Below the pieces are notes generated by a model. It was not told the origin of the DNA. It worked only from the letters and a program-made list of their open reading frames with translations, and made no database searches. The position numbers were made by a program, and so were the translations under genes. Below, one piece after another: positions 54,171 through 63,342 of a DNA stretch of 64,000 bases. How positions within the stretch are numbered: position 1 is the first letter of the stretch; every line of letters begins with the position of its first letter. The DNA comes from an uncultured delta proteobacterium (GTDB lineage: Bacteria; Desulfobacterota; Binatia; Binatales; Binataceae), in the NCBI GenBank assembly GCA_963848285.1, contig CAWKCZ010000007.1, forward strand, positions 361,597-425,596. The letters are read 5' to 3'.

Positions 54171-54574
54171 ACCGCGACCAACATTCCAATTTGTTCTTCA
54201 CCATATGCTCCCCAAAGCTGACTGCTTCTTCCGGAGGTCAGCTATTTTGCCCCGACCCGAACAATACTGTTTGTCGCACCTATTCCATTACGGGCACGTT
54301 AACGCGGCCTAGGTAGCATCTTGCCGAAGAGGTTGTCAAGCAGGCGTCCCGAAACGAGACATCGCGCGATGCCCTTGTAAAATCGGGCAGTTAGGCGCAT
54401 GCGCGGCGCCAAATCAGGTCACCATGCGGGTTTCGAGCTTGAGAGAAGACGAATTCAAACACCACGCGCGGGCGGCTGGCAGCAAATTTTCTCGATCGTG
54501 CCGGACCACGGGTGCGCGCCCATGAGTCTGAGTAACTCTCAAATACGCGCGGGCTTATGGATGCCGAACAGGAT

Positions 54575-55165
54575 CTAGGCGCTCTCCGGAGTCAGGTCCT
54601 CGGCGAGCGACTTCGCGAGGTCTCCTCCGATGCGACCCTCGGCGCCGAGGTTGGGATGGTCGGCCTGAATGGCGATTTTCCCGTCCCTCGCAAGGGTCAG
54701 AAATGCATCAGGGTCCATTGCGACTTCGAAGCGCACGAACTGCACCGAACTGACGCGCTCCGGCGACATCTGCCGCTCGTCGAATTTGAGTGGAACTTTG
54801 CGATCGCCAAGCTTCAGCGACAGATGCTTCTCGACGCCGACCAGCCGCCGCAACGCCGCATCGCGCTCCTTGGCTTCGGCGAACTCAATCAGCAGCGTCG
54901 CCGAGATCTCGCCTCGCGCGGGGATCAACTCATTGTAGGTATCGATCTCATGCTGGATGGCGGCATCATCCTTGAGTTGCTCGGAGCGAATCATCTCTTC
55001 GACCTGGTACCAAAGCGTCGCGGTGTTTTCGAAGAGAAACGTCAGATGCGATCCAACCGCGAGCCGACGGCGTTCCTTCTCATGGATGAAGAGCGGGCGC
55101 AGCACCGGCCGCACCTTTTGCCATTGCTCGAGGCTGAGGATTTCGTTCTTGGTGATCTTCTTCAT
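54575..55165 (-). CDS. DUF3501-family protein; intact
   Basis: MKKITKNEILSLEQWQKVRPVLRPLFIHEKERRRLAVGSHLTFLFEN...; co-occurs with HdrD-like FeS proteins. Confidence 0.55.
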   Translation of the reverse strand: MKKITKNEILSLEQWQKVRPVLRPLFIHEKERRRLAVGSHLTFLFENTATLWYQVEEMIRSEQLKDDAAIQHEIDTYNELIPARGEISATLLIEFAEAKERDAALRRLVGVEKHLSLKLGDRKVPLKFDERQMSPERVSSVQFVRFEVAMDPDAFLTLARDGKIAIQADHPNLGAEGRIGGDLAKSLAEDLTPESA

Positions 55166-56507
55166 TTGGATTCCTCCGCAGCCTCAGGAGGCGGAACTTT
55201 GTCGGGAAAGCCGCCCTCGTCGTACGCAGCCGCAAGCACTTCGAGCGGATGCACCGGATGCACTCCCGTCGCCTGCTCGATCTGAATCGCCGAGAGCGGG
55301 CAATCGGTCGTCATCAAATTCGCGTCGGCGTCGCGCATGCCGTTGAATGCCTTCGCGCCCCATTTCATCGAGAGCTCGAAGTACTCCTTCTTCATCGCCC
55401 AGATGCCGTCGTGCGCGGTGCACGCATCGACGCTGACGACCTCGGCGCCGGGAATCGTGCGCATCATGTCGCGCGAGCGAAAGCCAATCTGCTGCGCCTT
55501 CAGATGACATGGGATGTGGTAGGCGACCTTGCCCGGCGTGGTGCGAAAATCGCGATTAAACTTGCCGTCGCGCTTGAGCTGGAACAGCAGCTCGTTCGGA
55601 TCGACCACGGCCGCGGCGAATTCCTTCACCTCATCGCCGGGAAGCAGCAGCGGATACTCGCGCCGCATCGTCAGCGAGCAGGTCGGATTGATCGCCGCGA
55701 TTTTGAATCCGCGGCGCACGTACGGCAGCATCGAATCGATGTTGGCGCGCGCCTGCTTCTGCGCGAAATCGACATCGCCGCCGTCGAGCGCCGGCATCCC
55801 GCAGCAGTTCTGCTTCGGGCATGCGATCTCGCATCCATTCTTTTCGAGCACCTTGACCGCGGCCTTGCCCGGCGCGGTGTCGTAATAATTGATGAAGCAG
55901 GTCGGGAATAGCACGACCTTCGCGGTCGGATTCGTGGGCGGCTTCGGCAGGTTGTCGCGCAGCCATTTGTCGAGCGTCTGATCGGCAAACTCGGGAAGCT
56001 TCTTGTCGCGATGAATCCCGAGCAGCTTCTCCATCAGCGCGCGATTGAGCGTGTTGCGGCATCCGAAGTTCGCGAGCCCCGGCAGCAGGCTGCCGAGCTT
56101 CCCGAGGCGATCGGGATTCGAGAGCATCTTGTCGCGGAACTCGACGCCCTTCTCTTTCGCCGTGACCGCCTTGTCGCGCTGCATCAGACGCGGGAAATCG
56201 AGCTGGAACTCGTGACCATCACCGGGAGTGTACGGACATCGCACCTCGCACATCTTGCACAGGTAGCAGAGGTCGACGACGTTGCGTTTCTCATCAGCAG
56301 TGAGCTTGACGAACGTCGCCGTCGTTGCGGTCGACCGCATCGAACAGCGCCGGGAACGAAGGGCACAAATTGAAGCACAGCCGGCATCCGTGGCAGATGT
56401 CGAACACGCGGGTGACTTCCTTGTCGAGGCCCTCGCGGCTCCAGTACTTCGGTTCAGTCGATGTTGTAGGTAAGCCCGTCGGTCGGCTGCGACGAAATGC
56501 GGCTCAT
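55162..56507 (-). CDS. Heterodisulfide-reductase-related (Fe-S)-binding protein (2x C-x2-C-x2-C-x3-CP plus CCG domains; GlpC/HdrD-like); N-terminal frameshifts
   Basis: MSRISSQPTDGLTYNID / ...VFDICHGCRLCFNLCPSFPALFDAVD / ...DLCYLCKMCEVRCPYTPGDGHEF...FPTCFINYY...CCGMP... Confidence 0.7.
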
Positions 56508-56628
56508 GCGGAATTCAGCCTTTTCGATAGCGATGCGAAAAGCATCGCCGGGTGAGATGCTGCTCTGCACCCGGCGACCAGATTCGGGAAATGCCGGCCG
56601 CGGCCGCACACGACGATTCGGTAGCAGA

Positions 56629-57048
56629 TTACCTCAAGGTGTCGGCAGCCTTGCCGAAGCGTCCCGCATGCGACTTTTCGGCCTTGGCAAGCGTCTCGAA
56701 CCAGTCCGCGATTTCCGCGAAGCCTTCCTCGCGCGCGGTCTTCGCCATGCCGGGATACATATCGGTGTACTCGTAGGTCTCGCCGTGCACGGCGGCCTTC
56801 AGGTTGAGCAGCGAATCGCCGATCGGCAGATCGGTCGCGGGATCGCCCACCTGCTTCAGGTAATCGAGATGGCCATGGGCATGGCCGGTTTCACCCTCCG
56901 CGGTGTCGCGGAACAGGCCCGCGATTTCGGGCTGACCTTCGACGTCGGCGACCTTTGCGAAGTACAGGTAGCGGCGGTTGGCCTGGCTCTCGCCGGCAAA
57001 CGCTTCCTTCAAATTTTGATGGGTTTTGGTTCCTTTTAGACTTGCCAT
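56629..57048 (-). CDS. Rubrerythrin-family diiron protein (ferritin-like; no rubredoxin domain); intact
   Basis: ...[56 protein letters not shown]... Confidence 0.75.
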   Translation of the reverse strand: MASLKGTKTHQNLKEAFAGESQANRRYLYFAKVADVEGQPEIAGLFRDTAEGETGHAHGHLDYLKQVGDPATDLPIGDSLLNLKAAVHGETYEYTDMYPGMAKTAREEGFAEIADWFETLAKAEKSHAGRFGKAADTLR

Positions 57049-57089
57049 TTCTTCCTCCTGCCGTTCGGACTCGTTATAAAATGTAGTTG

Positions 57090-57602
57090 CTAAGCCGACT
57101 TATGGCCCGCGGCGGCCTTGGCTCTGCGCGGACGATTTTTCTCAACGCATTCGGCACAGAGCGCCTGGATTTCCAGCGAGCTGCCGAGCAGCTTGAAATC
57201 GCCGATCGCCGCGCGCCCGCGCAGCACCTGCTCCAGCTCGGGGATCTCGATATCGCGCACCCGCCGGCACTTGACGCATACCACGTGATGATGCGGCGTC
57301 AGGTTGCCGTCGTAGCGCGCGCTGTCATGCAGCGTCGTGACCTTGCGCGCCTCGCCAATCTCGCACAGCGTCTCCAGCGTGCGATGCACCGTCGCGAGCG
57401 AAATATGCGGATGCTCGCGGCGTACGATTTCGCATACCGTATCGGCGCGCGGATGCTCGGCCGACGTCAGCAGAGCCTTGATGATCGCGAGCCGCTGCGG
57501 CGTCACCGCGAGGCCGCCCTTGCGGCATCGCTCGGCAAACTCCGCGAGCCGCCCGGCGGCATACCCAGCCCGCCGCCCCTCATTGATCAACTTTAGTTCC
57601 AT
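57090..57602 (-). CDS. Fur-family regulator, PerR-like; intact
   Basis: ...LAVTPQRLAIIKALLTSAEHPRADTVCEIVRREHPHISLATVHRTLETLCEIGEARKV...HHHVVCVKC...CAEC. Confidence 0.75.
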   Translation of the reverse strand: MELKLINEGRRAGYAAGRLAEFAERCRKGGLAVTPQRLAIIKALLTSAEHPRADTVCEIVRREHPHISLATVHRTLETLCEIGEARKVTTLHDSARYDGNLTPHHHVVCVKCRRVRDIEIPELEQVLRGRAAIGDFKLLGSSLEIQALCAECVEKNRPRRAKAAAGHKSA

Positions 57603-57610
57603 CGATTACC

Positions 57611-57625
57611 TGATAATAATTATCA
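57611..57625. promoter_or_regulatory. Fur/PerR box: perfect palindrome TGATAATAATTATCA, 8 nt upstream of the fur/perR start codon
   Basis: Read in the sequence; matches the GATAATGATAATCATTATC Fur consensus; sits in the divergent intergenic region shared with the sugar kinase gene. Confidence 0.55.
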
Positions 57626-57786
57626 TCTAGTTCCAGGTATCGTCAAGCGCGAGACTCAGGTTCAGCGAGCCGCTACGGCGCAAGCTGTTGCTCCTACAGG
57701 TTGCTGCTGCCATAAATCGGTTCGCATATGCCAAGTGCTTTGACCATCTCAACGATGCCCTGCTTCGTGCGACACCTTAGTTCTGA

Positions 57787-59253
57787 TTGCTGAGCCATTG
57801 CATGGCGCGCGACCTTGTCATCGGAATCGACTCCTCGACCTCAGCGACCAAGGCGATTGCCTGGGACCGGACCGGCGCGGCCGTCGCGGAGGGCCGTGCC
57901 GCGATCCCACTCGCGCAACCTCGGCCGCGCTATTTCGAACAGGAACCCGAAGACTGGTGGCGCTCGACGTCTCTGGCGTTGCGCGAGGTGATGGCAAAGG
58001 TCGATGCGACGCGCATCGCGGGCGTGGCAATCTCGAACCAACGTGAAACCTTCGGCATTTTTGGGGAACACGGCGAGACGATTCGTCCCGCCATCGTATG
58101 GCTCGACGAGCGCGCGATAGATCAAATGCGCCGTTTCGGGGCGAGTTTTGGCGCCGAGAAGATCCACGCGATCTCCGGCAAGCCCGTCGACATCACGCCG
58201 TGCCTCTACCGGATGATATGGCTGCGTGAAAATGAACCGCATCTCCTCGATCGCGCCGCCTATGTCGCCGAGGTCCATGGCTATCTTTGCTTCCGACTTA
58301 CCGGGAGCTGGACAACCTCGACCGCATCTGCCGACCCTTTGGGCGTCCTCGACATGGAGCGCCTTACCTGGTCGCAGGACATCCTCGCCGCGGCGGGAGT
58401 CCCGATTGAGAAGATGCTGACGCTGGTGCGACCCGGCGCCTTCATCGGAAGCGTCAGTGAAGGCGCCGCGCAGGCGACCGGCCTGCCGACCGGCACTCCG
58501 GTGTTCGCAGCCGGCGGCGACGGACAGTGTGCGGGCACAGGCGTCGAGGTGATGCGACCTGGCCGAGCATATATCAACCTCGGAACTGCGGTCGTCTCGG
58601 GAAGCTATTCCGAGCGCTATGCCTTCGATGCCTCATTCCGAACCGAGACGGCGGTCGCCGACCAAGGCTATATCGTCGAGACCTGCTTGCGCTCCGGCAC
58701 CTTCCTGGTTGACTGGATGTCGCACGAGCTCTTTGGAATCGATCCCCAGCGGCGTCTCGAGGCGCTGACAGCCCTCGAGGCCGAAGCCGCCGCTTCACCA
58801 ATCGGCGCCAATGGCGTGATGCTCGTCCCTTATTGGGAAGGGTGCATGACTCCCTATTGGGATGCGGCGGCCCGCGGCGTGATCGCCGGACTCTCGGGAT
58901 CGACCCGACGGGGAGATCTCTATCGCGCGCTGCTGGAGGGCGTAGTGCTCGAACAGGCGCTGGCGTCGCGGCGCCTGCAAGCCGGATGCGGACATACCAT
59001 CGAACACTATGTCGCAGTGGGCGGCGGTACCGCATCGAATCTGTGGATGCAGATTCTAGCCGATGCTACAGGCGTTCAAGTTCATCGCTCGACCAGCAAG
59101 GAGGCGTCCTCTCTAGGTGCCGCAATAGCGGCTGCCAAGGGATGCGGTTGGTATCGGAGTTTCGCCGAAGCATCGGCCGCCATGGCCGGCCATATCGATT
59201 CGGACCTTCGAACCAAGGCCGAAGGAAAAGGCCACCTACGCAGAGCTAGGTGA
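57787..59253 (+). CDS. FGGY-family carbohydrate kinase (xylulokinase-like); intact
   Basis: ...LVIGIDSSTSATKAIAWD...ISNQRETFGIF...GGGTASNLWMQILADATG... Confidence 0.75.
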   Translation: MLSHCMARDLVIGIDSSTSATKAIAWDRTGAAVAEGRAAIPLAQPRPRYFEQEPEDWWRSTSLALREVMAKVDATRIAGVAISNQRETFGIFGEHGETIRPAIVWLDERAIDQMRRFGASFGAEKIHAISGKPVDITPCLYRMIWLRENEPHLLDRAAYVAEVHGYLCFRLTGSWTTSTASADPLGVLDMERLTWSQDILAAAGVPIEKMLTLVRPGAFIGSVSEGAAQATGLPTGTPVFAAGGDGQCAGTGVEVMRPGRAYINLGTAVVSGSYSERYAFDASFRTETAVADQGYIVETCLRSGTFLVDWMSHELFGIDPQRRLEALTALEAEAAASPIGANGVMLVPYWEGCMTPYWDAAARGVIAGLSGSTRRGDLYRALLEGVVLEQALASRRLQAGCGHTIEHYVAVGGGTASNLWMQILADATGVQVHRSTSKEASSLGAAIAAAKGCGWYRSFAEASAAMAGHIDSDLRTKAEGKGHLRRAR

Positions 59254-59371
59254 AATATATGCCGAACTCTGGCCCGCGGTTTCGAGCTGGAACCAAAAGC
59301 TGGCTCGTTTTGTCGAAGAACGGGCCGCAAAGGTGCAATCCTAGACTCGGCTCCCCACTGGGAGTGAGCAG

Positions 59372-60621
59372 CTAATTCCTCCGCACGTTGCGGAAGGGGC
59401 CGGTGTCGAAGCGCGGCTCCTTCGGCAACTCCATCACCCGCTCCGCGATGATGTTGCGCTGAATCTCGTCGGTGCCGCCCGCGATCGATACCGCCGGCAC
59501 CGATACGAGGATCTCCGCGATGATGCCCTCGCGCGGGCTCTCCGGTCCGGTCAGCATCGCCTCGGTGCCGGTCATCATCGTATGCACTCGGGCGCAGGCC
59601 CGCGCGACGTGGCTGGCTGCCAGCTTTCCGAGCGAGCCTTCGGGACCTTGCGGACGGCCCTGCTGCTGGGCGGCGCGCGCGCGACGCGCGGTCCATTCGG
59701 CCGACTTCGCCATGATCATCAGCTTGGCGATTTCCTGCCGGATGTGCGGGATCCTCGTTCGCGCCGGTTTCCTTCGCGCGCTCGAGGATGAGGTCCACTC
59801 GCCGGCGCGCTGCGGATACCATCTGTAGGGCTCGTTGGCCTTTTCGTTTTCGGCGCGCTCCTCGGCGTGAATGTGTCCCTGGCGCGATGCCGCGCTTTGA
59901 TGGAGTCGCGAGGCCGTCGGCGCCGCGGCGCTCATGCGCGAGCGTCGTCATCGCGACCTTCCATCCGTCGCCGACCTTGCCGACGAGATTTTCCGCCGGC
60001 ACTTTCGCATCGGTGAAGAAGACCTGGTTGAACGATGCGTGGCCGTTCATCTGCTTGAGCGGCTGCACATCGACGCCGGGCTGCTTCACGTCGATCACAA
60101 AGTACGACATCCCCTCATGCTTGGGCGCGTCCCAATCGGTGCGCGCGAGCAGACAGGCCGTGGTCGGCATGATGCGCGCTGGTGGTCCAGACTTTCTGTC
60201 CGTTGACGATCCAGAAATCGCCGTTCAAATCCGCGCTGGTGGTCGCGCCCGCGAGGTCGGAGCCGCTGCCGGGCTCGCTGAAGAACTGGCACCAGGTGTC
60301 TTCGCCGGTCAGGATGCGGCGCAGGAACTTTTTCTTCTGCGCATCGCTGCCATGTTCGAGCAGCGTCGCGGCCGCCAGATGGCGCACGCCCGACCGCGCG
60401 GCGCTCACTGCGCCGACGTTGGCAAATTCCTCCTCGACCACGCGCGCGAGCGATGACGGCAACCCACGCCCGTACCATTCCTTGGGCCACTGCGGCGCGC
60501 CCCATCCCGGAATCGGCAAGCTTGCTGCGCCATTCCAGCAGCGACATGTCGGGATCCCAGTTGGCCGCGAGCCATGTCGCGAACTTCGGCGCGCACTTCG
60601 GCTTCGGCTGACGTTACTCAT
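59372..60621 (-). CDS. Acyl-CoA dehydrogenase (1 of a tandem pair); frameshifted
   Basis: ...QFFSEPGSGSDLAGATTSADLNGDFWIVNGQKVWTTSAHHAD / ...LLARTDWDAPKHEGMSYFVIDVKQPGVDVQPLKQMNGHASFNQVFFTDAKVPAENLVG / ...GGTDEIQRNIIAERVMELPKE... Confidence 0.7.
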
Positions 60622-60624
60622 CGC

Positions 60625-61803
60625 TCAAACTCCCCATCGCTGCATCAACAGCTCGCGATGATAACTCGGTTGGCCGAGGAAAACCTCGGAACTCTTGGCG
60701 CGCTTGAACCACAGATGCGTATCGTTGTCCCAGGTGAAGCCGATGCCGCCATGAAGCTGAATGGTTTCGATCGCGGTCTGCAGATAGGTCTCCGACGCCG
60801 ATGGCCTTGGCGAGGCTGGCCAGCGCCGGCCACTCCGGGTCATCGACCGCGGCTGCCTGCGCGGCGTAGTAGGCGGCGGACTTCGCGAGCTCCACATCGA
60901 GCAGCATATCGGCGAGCTTATGCTTGATGGCCTGGAAGGAGCCGATCGTGCGTCCGAACTGGACCCGCAGCTTCGAGTAATCACCGCCGAATCGAGCAGC
61001 GCTGCGCACCGCCCACCATCTCATTGGCGAGCGCGATGGCGGCCTGATCCATCGTGCGGACTGGATCGCGTTCCGCCCGTCATCGCAGATTGCCGAGCAG
61101 ATGCGCGTGGGCGCCACGAAATCGATGCGCGCGATCTTGCGCGTCGGATCCATCGACGGCGAGCGGGCTTCGCTCGACGCCCGCGGCGTTCGCCTCGAGG
61201 GTGAACAGACCCGAAGCCCTCGCGACCGCTCGCCGGGGCACGCGCGCGGCGACGACCAGCAAATCGGCGATGTGACCATCGACGACGTAGCTCTTGGCTC
61301 CGTCGAGGCGGAAGCCATGACCGTCAGTGGTGGCGACGGTCTCGATGCTGCGCCGGATCCCAATTGCCGTTCGGTTCGGTGATCGCGAGCGTCGCGAGTC
61401 GCGCGCCGCTGGCGATGTCCGGCAGCAGGCTCGCTTTCTGCGCCTCGGTGCCCGCGTTCAGGATCGCGTTCGCGGCGAGCACCGAGGTGGAAAAATACGG
61501 TGCGCACAAACCAGCGCGCGGCCGAACTCCTCCATCACGATGCCGAGCTCGACCATGCCGAATCCCGCGCCGCCGTATTGCTCCGGAATATGGATGCCGG
61601 GGAGCGCGAGTTCCTCGCTCATCTGGCGCCACACTGCGGGATCGTAGCCCTCGGCGGTGGCCATCAGGCGTCGGACCTCGGTGGTGGGCGATTTGTCAGT
61701 GAGAAATCGCCGAATGCGCCGAGCGGAACTGCTCCTGCTCATCGGTAAATGCGAACTGGATGCGATGGGCGGGATCGGTTTTCGATTTTTGGGTTGCGCT
61801 CAT
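60625..61803 (-). CDS. Acyl-CoA dehydrogenase (2 of the pair); frameshifted
   Basis: MSATQKSK.../...EELALPGIHIPEQYGGAGFGMVELGIVMEEFGRAL / ...YFSTSVLAANAILNAGTEAQKASLLPDIASGARLATLAITEP / ...QFGRTIGSFQAIKHKLADMLLDVELAKSAAYYAA / ...IQLHGGIGFTWDNDTHLWFKRAKSSEVFLG... Confidence 0.7.
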
Positions 61804-62002
61804 CGGGATAAAACTGCCTTTGTAGCGGGCCTTCGATGCCCGCGTTAGCGATCATCATCTGAATAGCAACGATCGATTGACGACGTAAACCGCAGCAGGT
61901 TTGACTCGTCGATGGCGTCGCCGGAACGGTTCTTGGAAACCGCGCGCATTGATCCATGGCCATCGCCGGTGGAACGCCTCAATTTCGCGTGTGGAATTGA
62001 GG

Positions 62003-62246
62003 ACCAAAGCCATCGAGGATTCAACGGGACGTTCGCGAACGCCCCCTACGGTTCGATGCGAGGTGCCGATATCCAAGGTTTGAGACAGTCGACGGCGTCG
62101 CAGGAAGAGCCCCCGTTTTTTGGTTCGGTACACCGTTTCGATTCGTAGGGGCCGTTCGCGAACGGACCGATGAATCCTGATCCGCGCAGCGTTCATCTAT
62201 TCCTGGAAAGCGCAGACCAACCCGCCGCCGTAGTGGTTGGCACGCG
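62003..62246. repeat. Roughly 170-bp palindromic element, copy 3, bounded by near-identical 24-bp direct repeats TCAATTTCGC(G/C)T(G/T)TGGAATTGAGG at 61979-62002 and 62247-62270
   Basis: ATCGAGGATTCAACGGGACGTTCGCGAACGCCCCCTACGGTTCGAT ... CGATTCGTAGGGGCCGTTCGCGAACGGACCGATGAATCCTGATCCGCGCAGCGTTCATC; aligns with copies 1 and 2, with a swapped internal palindrome. Confidence 0.6.
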
Positions 62247-62301
62247 CGTCAATTTCGCCTTTGGAATTGAGGTGCTGATGTTCCAATGCCGCCGGGTGTG
62301 T

Positions 62302-63183
62302 CTAGGGCAATGGCACCACGTCGTCGAAATGGGTGTAGTCAATCGAGAGCCCGCCGTCGTCTTCGCGCTGCAGAATATCGACGAAGCGATGCCCCCACAG
62401 GATGTCCCGCGGCTGGTAGATGTGGCGGGCGTGGACCGTCTGCGCAAAGGTCTCGTCAAGGCCGATCATCGAAACGATGACCTCGGCGCGCGAGGCCTCC
62501 ATCGTTTCCACCGTGAGTCCGCTGATCGGCGAGTCCTCGGTTATCGGATGAATTGCGGTCCACGAGTAGATGAACATCGCGTTGCGCTCGCGCTGGAGCT
62601 TCAAATCGTAAAAGCGGCGCATCTCCTCGCCTTCGAGGGTTCGTTCCTGGCGTCCGAAGATCACGCGCGCGCTCGCATCGACGATGCGGTTGGCGCGCAT
62701 GTTGGCCATGCGAAATTGCAGGCTCGGAATGCCATCGCGGTTGGCGACGATCGCGACCTTGCTGAAACGCACGCGCGCGCTCGGACGCGAGAACTTCGCG
62801 AACACCAACCCGGTCACCATCGCGAGGCCGATCAACCCGGTGAGCGCCTCGATGCTCATCATCACTTCGGCGAGGAACGTGTCGGGCTCCATTTTGCCGT
62901 AGCCGATGGTGGCCATGGTCTGCACGCTGAAGAAAAACGCGTCGGCAAATGAACCGGGGCGCGCGTTCTCGATGCCTCGATCGAGCAGATAGACGACCGC
63001 GAAGATGGAGTTGATCGCGATGAAGATCAGAACGATTCCGGCGAGCAGCGTCGGCCACGACTCCGTGAGCAGGTAGTGGTAGAGGTCGCTGAGATGGCTT
63101 CCGTCGAGCCCCATGATAGTCGCGGATTGCGACGACTCGGGGCTCGCGACAATCTTGCGGCGAGTGCGCGATCGTATCGGCAT
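62302..63183 (-). CDS. Inward-rectifier-type potassium channel (KirBac-like; TIGYG selectivity filter); intact
   Basis: ...TLLAGIVLIFIAINSIFAVVYLL...FFFSVQTMATIGYGKMEP...; C-terminal cytoplasmic Ig-like domain. Confidence 0.7.
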   Translation of the reverse strand: MPIRSRTRRKIVASPESSQSATIMGLDGSHLSDLYHYLLTESWPTLLAGIVLIFIAINSIFAVVYLLDRGIENARPGSFADAFFFSVQTMATIGYGKMEPDTFLAEVMMSIEALTGLIGLAMVTGLVFAKFSRPSARVRFSKVAIVANRDGIPSLQFRMANMRANRIVDASARVIFGRQERTLEGEEMRRFYDLKLQRERNAMFIYSWTAIHPITEDSPISGLTVETMEASRAEVIVSMIGLDETFAQTVHARHIYQPRDILWGHRFVDILQREDDGGLSIDYTHFDDVVPLP

Positions 63184-63342
63184 CAGTTAGCGGTTTCTCC
63201 CCGCTCGGTTCCTCCCCCGTTGATCGGGGGAGGTGCTCCGGCGCAGTTCATGCGATGGCTGCGAGCACGAACTGTGACGGGGCGGAGAGGGACCTCAGCT
63301 CCGGATTCTGCCTCCGGCGCTTCCTTGAATCTATTTCAGCGA

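Larger units (their letters stand above)
52197..54250. repeat. Direct repeat copy B (about 2.05 kb)
   Basis: See copy A. Confidence 0.85.

Noticed and set aside
54557-55285. 242-aa + strand ORF
   Set aside because: It is antisense to the intact DUF3501 gene. The same applies to 26035..27042 (-), 21172..21783 (-), 19385..20080 (-), 43046..43645 (+) and 61855..62196 (-).
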